DNA of 35,432 nt from a virus (IMGVR_UViG_3300005611_000096:1-35432), one strand, 5' to 3'. Numbered from the stretch's first letter, positions 19,783 to 26,953 are shown. A program made the numbers and translations. Notes: a model not told the origin generated them from the letters alone.

Positions 19783-20309
19783 ACCATCGCTCCAAGTGCT
19801 GCCTGTATAGGAGAGTCTTTCATTACTTCGGAGTATTTATCAGAACCCTCATAATCCTCTATTAGATAGAAATTATTCTTCTGATGTATAACTGGTCTAT
19901 ATAATACTGCCATAGCTTTGTGCATCTGCTGCCAGTCTCCAATATATTTTTCTAAATCCACAAACTCTCCCATTGATATATCTTCAAGTTTAGGAATAAA
20001 GCCAAACGTTACTTTATTACCATCTGCATCTACCATATCAAATTTATTGTGTAGAGTATTTTTTACGTTAAATAACTCGTTTATGTGATTTATTACAGAA
20101 TTAAATTCAGTCATAGGTAATTTATATGCCTCTTTTAAATTAATACCACAGAAACATTCTAATAGCTTTAGATTAGAAAACCCTACCTCTTCTTGTGTAG
20201 GTTCTTCTTTCTCTGTTAAATGCTTTACATCCTTTATATACTTTTGATACCAACTTAACTTAATGTCCTGCAGAGAGGTAGGGATGTTTAGTGTGACCGT
20301 ATTATTCAT
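19590..20309 (-). CDS. Tail assembly chaperone (gpG-like)
   Basis: FGFIPKLEDISMGEFVDLE and HKAMAVLYRP motifs; T9 slippery run in the VFF codons. Confidence 0.7.
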   Translation of the reverse strand: MNNTVTLNIPTSLQDIKLSWYQKYIKDVKHLTEKEEPTQEEVGFSNLKLLECFCGINLKEAYKLPMTEFNSVINHINELFNVKNTLHNKFDMVDADGNKVTFGFIPKLEDISMGEFVDLEKYIGDWQQMHKAMAVLYRPVIHQKNNFYLIEDYEGSDKYSEVMKDSPIQAALGAMVFFYSLGTELSKHLMDSLANQLKADSDFKQHLEQSGVGINQFTHSLEEMSENLKKLQNSPFLNV

Positions 20310-20315
20310 ATTAGT

Positions 20316-20339
20316 ATAACCTTATATTATTATTATGTA
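20316..20339 (-). promoter_or_regulatory. Putative late promoter for the tail operon (TACA-N15-GTTAT)
   Basis: 6 nt upstream of the ATG at 20309. Confidence 0.55.
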
Positions 20340-20356
20340 CTAAAATACGAAAATAA

Positions 20357-20385
20357 AACAAAACTTAAAAAGTTAGTTATATTTA
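20357..20385 (+). promoter_or_regulatory. Divergent plus-strand promoter (AACA-N15-GTTAT overlapping a TATATTTA -7-like box)
   Basis: Same motif as the late promoters, pointing into a structured non-coding region. Confidence 0.45.
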
Positions 20386-20386
20386 C

Positions 20387-20484
20387 GAAGAGTTTCTAAA
20401 GACATAATTCTTTTTCCAAGATTATCATTTGAGACTCTTCTCAAAAGAAATAAGGTTAGGTTTAGGATAACTCTATCCTTTTTT
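20387..20484 (+). ncRNA. Candidate small RNA 1
   Basis: GAAGAGTTTC (20387) pairs with GAGACTCTTC (20431..20440); terminator AGGATA-actc-TATCCT-T5. Confidence 0.5.
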
Positions 20485-20495
20485 GTAAATTTAGT

Positions 20496-20560
20496 ATATC
20501 AATCTGATATTTTTCATATTTAAGTTTGAAAGCCTTGAATCTATTTCAGGGCTTTTTTTT
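20496..20560 (+). ncRNA. Candidate small RNA 2 (anti-start-codon type)
   Basis: TAAATTTA box at 20486..20493; ATATCA/TGATAT hairpin; TTTTCATATTTAAG; terminator AAAGCCTTGAA-tctat-TTCAGGGCTTT-T5; no ORF. Confidence 0.55.
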
Positions 20561-20825
20561 GTTTCCGCTTGAATTTTCTTAAGTGGAGAACTCACCCCCA
20601 CTTACTTTCATTTTACGTTCTTTTTTCCATTTCCCCCAATTTATCCAAATTTAGTTATTGAGTTGAGTATAAAAGATATTTATAGATGTGTTGAATTTAT
20701 AAGTATTTTTTATCAATAAAAAAAAACTATATCTATTTATCAATACATTATAATATTTTATAATTTTATTTTAAAGATGTTTAAGGGCCTTAAAATATTA
20801 ATCTATAATAATAGTAGCAGGGCAT

Positions 20826-20849
20826 AAAAAAAGGGCCTAAAAAGGCCCT
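20826..20849 (-). terminator. Rho-independent terminator closing the early cassette
   Basis: GGGCCT-tttt-AGGCCC plus T7 on the minus strand. Confidence 0.85.
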
Positions 20850-20939
20850 CTAATTAACAAATAAATAATTAACATGAAAAAGAATTGACTGATTAATATG
20901 TAGAATAATTAATCATTTATTTGTATTATATAAACTAAA

Positions 20940-21089
20940 TTATTTTTTGAACATATTTAATATCATGTCCATTTCCTTATCAGATAAATTATTAACCCTA
21001 TCCCAATTTATAACGCTTGATTTTTCACTATTGAAAGCGTTATTAATTGAGTTTAATTCTTTATCAAAGTTTTTGTTTTTATTTTTCAT
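20940..21089 (-). CDS. 49-aa hypothetical protein (not in ORF track)
   Basis: MKNKNKNFDKELNSINNAFNSEKSSVINWDRVNNLSDKEMDMILNMFKK; A-rich leader. Confidence 0.6.
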   Translation of the reverse strand: MKNKNKNFDKELNSINNAFNSEKSSVINWDRVNNLSDKEMDMILNMFKK

Positions 21090-21097
21090 AATTGTTT

Positions 21098-21367
21098 TTA
21101 TTTTAAGTTTAAAATGTTTTGAGGGTCATTGTTAAATATTTCCTCGAGTGTTTTTTTCTTTTTATTTATTCTGTTAATTTGTTTATTTATTATTTTATTT
21201 AATTCCTGTAAATCAATGTCTAATTCATGTTTCATTAATTCATTATAAATTACGACATTATTATTATCATCCTTTGTAAAGGATATATTTATTCTAATAT
21301 GTGACGGAACTGATAAATAATTATTATCATCGTATTTTATTTTATGCTTTGTTTGAGTTATTATCAT
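21098..21367 (-). CDS. Hypothetical early protein
   Basis: ORF tightly packed in the cassette. Confidence 0.6.
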   Translation of the reverse strand: MIITQTKHKIKYDDNNYLSVPSHIRINISFTKDDNNNVVIYNELMKHELDIDLQELNKIINKQINRINKKKKTLEEIFNNDPQNILNLK

Positions 21368-21370
21368 CGT

Positions 21371-21691
21371 TTATTTATTTAAGTTAATTACTTTATTATC
21401 TTTTAAATCATATACGGCCAATTGGTCATATAGATTACCAATTTTAATTGCGTCATCTTTACTATCTAAATGTATGTTTAAATCTAAATAGTAGTTATTA
21501 TTTTCGTCCATCCATCCGCCCAATGAGTCAAATTTGTTTAAATTCTTAACGTTAATTAATTCATTAGCTTTTGGGGTTTTTCCTTTGTATATATTTTTAA
21601 TTGATACGACAAAACGAGCTGAAGTATTTTTTAATTTATAAGTAAAAGGAAGCTTATTTTTAATATAGTAAGGTATTGTATTTCGTTTCAT
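21371..21691 (-). CDS. Conserved-looking phage protein (GGW..YLD..Q.A.YD motif)
   Basis: GGWMDENNNYYLD...AIKIGNLYDQLAVYDL. Confidence 0.7.
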   Translation of the reverse strand: MKRNTIPYYIKNKLPFTYKLKNTSARFVVSIKNIYKGKTPKANELINVKNLNKFDSLGGWMDENNNYYLDLNIHLDSKDDAIKIGNLYDQLAVYDLKDNKVINLNK

Positions 21692-21693
21692 AA

Positions 21694-21972
21694 TTAAAAT
21701 AATATAAAATGTAATGTAAAATAACTAATTGCAAAAATTAAAATTATGGGCGTTAAATATTCATCCATAAAAAAATAAAATTTGTCAATGTTTCTATCCT
21801 TCCTTAAAAAATATTTTATTCTTTTTGGCGTGGTTGCGTGCGGATAGTTAGTTGCATAATTAACCGCTTTTAATAATTCTCTTTTTTCTGTTTCGTTTGC
21901 CTTCTCATATAATTGAGTAACTTTGAAACGTGCTAAAGTTAACTGTTTAATTGATATTCTTTTATTTTTCAT
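21694..21972 (-). CDS. Basic protein with C-terminal membrane anchor
   Basis: Ends YLTPIILIFAISYFTLHFILF. Confidence 0.65.
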   Translation of the reverse strand: MKNKRISIKQLTLARFKVTQLYEKANETEKRELLKAVNYATNYPHATTPKRIKYFLRKDRNIDKFYFFMDEYLTPIILIFAISYFTLHFILF

Positions 21973-22079
21973 ATTATTTGTTTTTTTAGTTGTTCTAATC
22001 TATTACTTAATTTATTTAAAGATAAAAGTATCTTTTTACCTTTGTTTTTATTAATAATAGGTTTATTTAAATTTTTCAT
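21969..22079 (-). CDS. 36-aa basic micro-ORF (not in ORF track)
   Basis: MKNLNKPIINKNKGKKILLSLNKLSNRLEQLKKQII; ATGA coupling; directly after a -7-like box. Confidence 0.5.
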   Translation of the reverse strand: MKNLNKPIINKNKGKKILLSLNKLSNRLEQLKKQII

Positions 22080-22083
22080 ATAG

Positions 22084-22140
22084 CTAAATTACGTTATCAA
22101 TATTAATCTAATGTTAAGTTAACGTTAAGAAAAGGTTAAG
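22084..22140 (-). promoter_or_regulatory. Promoter with triple direct-repeat operator, copy 1
   Basis: CTTAACCT-ttt-CTTAACGT-taa-CTTAACAT, 19 nt, then TAATTTAG. Confidence 0.65.
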
Positions 22141-22284
22141 CTTTTGATTAGCAAATTATCAATTAAATATTTTGTAATTTTGCAAATTGGTTAAGTTTAT
22201 AAAAAATGAGCTATACAAATTTTTTAGCACAAATACAAATATTTCTACAATTTAGAATCATTCTAAATAAGGAAATTATAAACC

Positions 22285-22344
22285 TACTGCGTTTAGGTAC
22301 TGCGTTTAAGAAACCTACTGCGTTTAATGACGTACTGCGTTTAA
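22285..22344. repeat. TACTGCGTTTA(A/G) array 1 (4 copies)
   Basis: Copies start at 22285, 22298, 22316, 22333. Confidence 0.9.
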
Positions 22345-22470
22345 GAATAGTTTTCTATTCTCTTGCGTTAATCTTTCAACTTCTTTTCTTAATTGTACAA
22401 TCTCAATCGCTTGAGACTGCACAATTTCTTTTGTTGTTTCACTGCTAAAATTTAATTTTACATTATTCAT
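22324..22470 (-). CDS. 48-aa coiled-coil micro-ORF (not in ORF track)
   Basis: MNNVKLNFSSETTKEIVQSQAIEIVQLRKEVERLTQENRKLFLNAVRH. Confidence 0.55.
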   Translation of the reverse strand: MNNVKLNFSSETTKEIVQSQAIEIVQLRKEVERLTQENRKLFLNAVRH

Positions 22471-22475
22471 AATTT

Positions 22476-22820
22476 CTATTTATTTATATCTTCTATTATC
22501 TCAATAATTTTATAGTACATTTCACTACGAACAACGTCAATAATTGAATCATAATAATTAATTGTCTCCTCTTCAGTTAAATACCTGTCTTTTAATTTAT
22601 GATTAAATAAATCAAATTGTATTATACAAGCTAAAGCATCGTTCATTGAAACAATAGTTTCATCCAGGAAATTAAATAAGTACGTGCTTGTCTTCCCTTT
22701 TGCCGAACCCAAATCAATCTCTTTTAATGTCTGGTACTGTTCATTAATTACTTTTACTGCTTTATCGAAATTAAACTTTCTAAAAGTTCCTCTTTCGTAC
22801 TTCCAAAAATTAGTTTTCAT
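22476..22820 (-). CDS. Hypothetical early protein
   Basis: ORF; ATG at 22820 preferred over the TTG at 22829. Confidence 0.65.
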   Translation of the reverse strand: MKTNFWKYERGTFRKFNFDKAVKVINEQYQTLKEIDLGSAKGKTSTYLFNFLDETIVSMNDALACIIQFDLFNHKLKDRYLTEEETINYYDSIIDVVRSEMYYKIIEIIEDINK

Positions 22821-23097
22821 TATATTCAATTTCTATTTCATCAAGTAAATAATCATATCTTGCAACTTTTAAAAGTCTATTATCTAAATAAAACCTGTAT
22901 TCATGAAGGTTAGGTTTAATTTCTCGGTGTGTTGTTTTAGTCTTAAAAAATTTATAAGACCTATCAACGCTCGTACCTATATAACAATCAAGTTCTCCGT
23001 GTTCATTAACACCGTAACTTTTATTACCTTTTCTATTATTTCTTGCATATGCACAAGAATCTATTTCGTTCCATATTGGATATTGTCTTCTCCCCAT
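22810..23097 (-). CDS. Hypothetical early protein
   Basis: YPIWNEIDSCAY..KSYGV..EYRFYLD; tight packing. Confidence 0.7.
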   Translation of the reverse strand: MGRRQYPIWNEIDSCAYARNNRKGNKSYGVNEHGELDCYIGTSVDRSYKFFKTKTTHREIKPNLHEYRFYLDNRLLKVARYDYLLDEIEIEYNEN

Positions 23098-23102
23098 TTT
23101 AT

Positions 23103-23288
23103 TTATTCTTTAATTATTCCTTGATTAATTAATTGTCTTGCCGTTCTACCGAACCAGCCTTGTAAACTATACGCTGTTCTTGTGTCGTGTAAATATTGCC
23201 ACGCCTCAATAACTTCGTTTTTTGTACCGTCAATAAAACCTTCACAAAGGCCAACTGCGGTATAACTATCTAATTTATTATTTTTCAT
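23103..23288 (-). CDS. Small phage protein (WQYL..LQGWFGRTA..LI..G motif)
   Basis: First gene after promoter copy 2; motif recalled from small phage proteins. Confidence 0.7.
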   Translation of the reverse strand: MKNNKLDSYTAVGLCEGFIDGTKNEVIEAWQYLHDTRTAYSLQGWFGRTARQLINQGIIKE

Positions 23289-23313
23289 TTTTAAGTGTTT
23301 TAAAATTATGCAG

Positions 23314-23370
23314 CAAATATTTAAAAAAAAGTTATATCTAATGTTAAGTTAACGTTAAGAATTTATTATC
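23314..23370 (-). promoter_or_regulatory. Promoter with direct-repeat operator, copy 2
   Basis: CTTAACGT-taa-CTTAACAT, 19 nt, then AATATTTG (same spacing as copy 1). Confidence 0.6.
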
Positions 23371-23430
23371 TTTGTATTATGATTAAAAAAGTATTGAAAT
23401 TATTTCCCTTACAAAAAATATTACTATCCA

Positions 23431-23460
23431 ATGTTAAGGTAACGTTAAGAAAAGGTTATC
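23431..23460 (-). promoter_or_regulatory. Direct-repeat operator, copy 3
   Basis: GATAACCT-ttt-CTTAACGT-tac-CTTAACAT; no good -7 box at the expected position. Confidence 0.55.
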
Positions 23461-23479
23461 AAATTGTTAACGCCAAACC

Positions 23480-23554
23480 TATTGCGTTTAAGAACCTACT
23501 GCGTTTAAGAATCGCAAAACCTACTATGTTTAACGATAAACCTACTGCGTTTAA
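23480..23554. repeat. TA(C/T)TGCGTTTAA array 2 (4 copies, one degenerate)
   Basis: Copies at 23480, 23497, 23522, 23543; 21-bp AAACCTACTGCGTTTAATGAC shared by 22311..22331 and 23538..23558. Confidence 0.9.
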
Positions 23555-23557
23555 TGA

Positions 23558-24763
23558 CTAACGTATCACATAAACGCCTTTATTTGCGTTGGCGAGGAAA
23601 TATTGTGCAGAGTATCGAAGTGCGTCTAACTGATGGTTCCATTTATCAACAGGTCTTTCGTTCCTCTCATGCCAAACATAATTATTTAGCTCTTTTATTA
23701 GCTCTGTACTATCAGCGTCAATTACTAAATCAAAGTCTTGAACAAGAGCAATCCCTGACAGAATAGACCCACTGCGTTTAACGGTTGGTTTAATATTACA
23801 ATATTCTTGTAGCTCCGAGATAAGTCTTGGCTCTGCGTTATCACATATAATTAAATTATCTTCTGCATAACGTCTATTGAGTTCTCCTATTTCTTTTGTA
23901 GATAATCCTGGCTTTGCATACATTGTTTTAATCCACATCATTTTTCTATCTTTATCTACTGCTACTTTAATTAAGGTTGTTGGGTCCACAGAGAATCCAA
24001 AGTCTTGACCAAATATAAAATCTGCACTATCATTAAACATACCAGTTCTCCAATTAGAAAATACAACTCCTTCTGCTTTATCAAGCCATCCTCCAAGTAT
24101 CTGGTGATTATATCTATCTGGTCTTCTGCGTCTTATATCTTCTAATTGTAATAGGAATGATTCAGATAAGTTTTCTATATTATCTTTAAATGTAGTATGT
24201 ATATAAGTTACGTTGTCTCTGTAACCATTGAATCCAGCATTTACTCCTTTACCTGCAAAGAACCTTTGATATATCCAATGCTCTTTTGTTGCTGGGTTTA
24301 ATATCATAATAACCCTATTAGGTTTGGCTTTACTTCTAACTGATTGGTCTATCTTATCAAAATCCTCTTCTTTTACAAGCTCTTCTGCTTCATCAAGCAC
24401 CCAAGTAGTAATCCCACTAATCGACTTTAAAGCTGCTGTTTGATTACCTGCAGAAGTACGAATACCTTTAAAGAGTATTGAGCTACCAGTACTTACGTTT
24501 AAGATTTCATCTTTAGTAATACGAAAATGCTCCATAATACCATAAAGTTCTAACTTTTCTAAAAACTCTGGAATAATAGAATTGGCAGCAGATATCATTG
24601 TATAACGAGTAAAAAGTATCTTATGTCCCTGTTCGAACGTTAGAAAGGCTAAAAATGTGGTTATAGCGAATGATTTACCACTTCCTCTACCTCCTGTTAT
24701 AACAAAGTACCTTGTATCGTTACCAAGAGCATTATACTTCTTGTTCAGTATCGGCTTCTTCAT
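23558..24763 (-). CDS. terL: Terminase large subunit, PBSX/SPP1-like family
   Basis: Walker A GGRGSGKS, Walker B WVLDEAEE, LNP motif, GQDFGFSVDP, NHQLDALRY. Confidence 0.95.
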   Translation of the reverse strand: MKKPILNKKYNALGNDTRYFVITGGRGSGKSFAITTFLAFLTFEQGHKILFTRYTMISAANSIIPEFLEKLELYGIMEHFRITKDEILNVSTGSSILFKGIRTSAGNQTAALKSISGITTWVLDEAEELVKEEDFDKIDQSVRSKAKPNRVIMILNPATKEHWIYQRFFAGKGVNAGFNGYRDNVTYIHTTFKDNIENLSESFLLQLEDIRRRRPDRYNHQILGGWLDKAEGVVFSNWRTGMFNDSADFIFGQDFGFSVDPTTLIKVAVDKDRKMMWIKTMYAKPGLSTKEIGELNRRYAEDNLIICDNAEPRLISELQEYCNIKPTVKRSGSILSGIALVQDFDLVIDADSTELIKELNNYVWHERNERPVDKWNHQLDALRYSAQYFLANANKGVYVIR

Positions 24764-25139
24764 CGTTAGATAATTCTATTGTTTTATCATCTTCTTGACT
24801 GCCAGTAAACAGATTTTTTATATTAATATTTACCTTTTGTTGTTTCTCTTCAGGAGTATCAAGAGGCTTACCATACTTATACTCAAATAGTAGTTTAAGA
24901 TGTGGAAAAGAACTTTTGGCTTGTTCTGCTAATGACTCCCATGCTTCTTCCTCGCTTCCAAATACTTTTGCCATTGCGTTAAGAGCGTAGATTCCGACTC
25001 GTTTTCGTTTGGCATCGTTAAGAGCAGCAGAAGATGTGGGTCGTACAGTAGGCACGTTTCTAACGCCTGGTTTTCGTCCATTGTTTCTTCGTCCATCATT
25101 TTCTTTGACATATTTATATTGTTTAGGTTTTCTTCCCAT
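24732..25139 (-). CDS. terS: Probable terminase small subunit
   Basis: Immediately upstream of terL; DGRRNNGRKPG and LLFEYKYGKP motifs. Confidence 0.65.
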   Translation of the reverse strand: MGRKPKQYKYVKENDGRRNNGRKPGVRNVPTVRPTSSAALNDAKRKRVGIYALNAMAKVFGSEEEAWESLAEQAKSSFPHLKLLFEYKYGKPLDTPEEKQQKVNINIKNLFTGSQEDDKTIELSNDEEADTEQEV

Positions 25140-25413
25140 ACTTATTATATATATAACTTATTGCAGACCAAACTGCATCACTTATTTCTTTCTTACTATA
25201 TATTTTGGTTCCGACTTTTTTAATCCCATCTTTTTCAACAGCGATTTTAAATTGATAACAAACAGGAGAGCAAGACCCAACAGGCTCCCTATAAATCCTA
25301 TAGCCATTGTCAATACACCAGCGAGCATGGCTTTGATTGCAACCTGTATTATATTTACCAAGTTTCCATTTTTTGTTGTACTCATCAATCTCTTGCTGTG
25401 ACCTCTTTTTCAT
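25123..25413 (-). CDS. Hypothetical protein
   Basis: WCIDNGYRIY..P motif; overlaps both neighbours briefly. Confidence 0.6.
   Translation of the reverse strand: MKKRSQQEIDEYNKKWKLGKYNTGCNQSHARWCIDNGYRIYREPVGSCSPVCYQFKIAVEKDGIKKVGTKIYSKKEISDAVWSAISYIYNKYGKKT
25153..25177 (-). promoter_or_regulatory. Putative late promoter for terS-terL (TGCA-N16-GTTAT)
   Basis: Motif match 13 nt upstream of the terS ATG. Confidence 0.35.
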
Positions 25414-25783
25414 TTAACAATTTATCTATTTTTCTTTTTAATGCAAAGTATTTATTCTTCCAATATGTATCTGGATTATCTATATAGTCTGGACTCATTG
25501 AATCAGAATCTAAATCTTGTTTTATTGTCATATATGCTTTCCAATAATTATCTTTATAATAAGCCATAGATGCAAACTGTTTTAATCCAACGTAAACAGA
25601 TGCGTGGTCCTTATTTACTTCTCTACCTATTCTTTCAAGTGTATGATGAGTATATTCTTTGCAAAGTTTATAATATATTACTCTGGCGTAAACACATTCT
25701 CTTTTTCTGCGTTTACTTCTGATATCAACGTCAAGGTGTCTTGACACTTTATCAGCTAATGATTTTAATGTAAAATTATTCAT
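25385..25783 (-). CDS. DnaA C-terminal (domain IV)-like HTH protein
   Basis: SKRRKRECVYAR..YYKL...TLERIGREVNKDHASV matches the DnaA domain IV signature. Confidence 0.75.
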   Translation of the reverse strand: MNNFTLKSLADKVSRHLDVDIRSKRRKRECVYARVIYYKLCKEYTHHTLERIGREVNKDHASVYVGLKQFASMAYYKDNYWKAYMTIKQDLDSDSMSPDYIDNPDTYWKNKYFALKRKIDKLLNEKEVTARD

Positions 25784-26024
25784 ATTTAGATTTTAAGTTT
25801 AGTACTTCTTTTTGAATTTCGCTATATTTTTTGTCTTCACTAAATTCTAATGCCCTGACAATACCTTCACAATATTCATACATTTCTTCTTCTTCGTATG
25901 TATATATTTCTTGTTCTATTTCTTCTAAAGGAACTCCCATTATTATATCTACAAGAGTTAAATAATATGCTTGTTCTATTCTACTCTTATAAACATTAAA
26001 TGGTTCCTCTTCTAACAAACTCAT
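25776..26024 (-). CDS. Small acidic protein
   Basis: YEEEEMYEYCEGI motif; very E-rich. Confidence 0.65.
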   Translation of the reverse strand: MSLLEEEPFNVYKSRIEQAYYLTLVDIIMGVPLEEIEQEIYTYEEEEMYEYCEGIVRALEFSEDKKYSEIQKEVLNLKSKYE

Positions 26025-26781
26025 TGGGGTCTTGTATTTTATTTACAAAATAATCTTCGTAGGTTTTGCAGACCTTTTGTAATTTATGTTCAGCTCTTTG
26101 CATTGACTCTTCACTGCAATCATATATTCCTATTTCTCCTGTACCTTTTTCTATTACAAGAAATGTAAAGTTAGTAACATTAAATAATTTAGAATATATA
26201 TAACACTGCATATCGTAATGCCAAGTATTTTTAGCTGTCCATAACCAACCATCAAGTTTAGATGTAGTTTTTAAATCTATAACGTGATTATCTTTTAAAT
26301 AATCAGCTTTACCTCGAAAAGGAAAACCGAAAAGCTCACCAATCATGGGAACTTCTGGGCTTCCTCCTCGTAGTAATTCACTCGCTTCTGTGTTCCTGTT
26401 CATTGTGTTTAGTAGTGACGCAAACGTACTATATTCTTTTTGTAGCATTACTTCTTTGCCTTCATTCTCTTTTACAGCATCTTTAAATTTATTTGTATAT
26501 CTTGTAGAAGCATCTATAAATAAATAGCTGTCATCTATTCTCTCTGGTTCAAGTGCCATCATGTGAAATAATCTGCCTTCCCTTAAAGCTGGTACATCAC
26601 TTCCTGATTCATTTAATGAATTTAAATATGATTTAGGAGAATCAAGTAGCTTTTTAGCAGAAGATGATGATAAAGCAGTCTTACCTAAATATCCATAGTA
26701 AAAACTATCATCATACATCTTTGATAATATCTCTTGTTTACTCCAAGTCTTTCCGTCTAATAGTGTAATTTGTTCATTCAT
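25996..26781 (-). CDS. RecE/exodeoxyribonuclease VIII-like PD-(D/E)XK nuclease
   Basis: LSSSSAKKLLDSP, GRLFH..LEP, RGKAD, IDLKT, YDMQCYIY. Confidence 0.85.
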   Translation of the reverse strand: MNEQITLLDGKTWSKQEILSKMYDDSFYYGYLGKTALSSSSAKKLLDSPKSYLNSLNESGSDVPALREGRLFHMMALEPERIDDSYLFIDASTRYTNKFKDAVKENEGKEVMLQKEYSTFASLLNTMNRNTEASELLRGGSPEVPMIGELFGFPFRGKADYLKDNHVIDLKTTSKLDGWLWTAKNTWHYDMQCYIYSKLFNVTNFTFLVIEKGTGEIGIYDCSEESMQRAEHKLQKVCKTYEDYFVNKIQDPNEFVRRGTI

Positions 26782-26808
26782 AATTAAGTCTAATATTATT
26801 GCGTCCAA

Positions 26809-26949
26809 TTATTTGTTGTAGTATTTACTTCTACATACAGCATATCTTTGGTCTGTATTTTTATATTCTGACACCATTGTTGGGTCAGACATACATCTTT
26901 TTAAATATTCTTTTTCTGTTTCTGTTGGTGTGGGTTTGGGTATTGGCAT
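26809..26949 (-). CDS. 46-aa small protein (not in ORF track)
   Basis: MPIPKPTPTETEKEYLKRCMSDPTMVSEYKNTDQRYAVCRSKYYNK. Confidence 0.7.
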   Translation of the reverse strand: MPIPKPTPTETEKEYLKRCMSDPTMVSEYKNTDQRYAVCRSKYYNK

Positions 26950-26953
26950 ATTA

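Noticed and set aside
22285-23554. Mini-CRISPR array
   Set aside because: Repeats are about 12 bp with 1-13 bp gaps, far too short; no cas genes
22206-23766. Plus-strand ORFs 22206..22448, 22903..23124, 23379..23561 and 23554..23766
   Set aside because: They are translations of the repeat arrays (KPTAF, LRLR) or shadows of better minus-strand genes
24929-25388. Alternative-frame ORFs 24929..25111 and 25182..25388 (the latter hydrophobic)
   Set aside because: Fully nested in terS and 25123..25413 with no independent support; the hydrophobic one cannot be fully excluded
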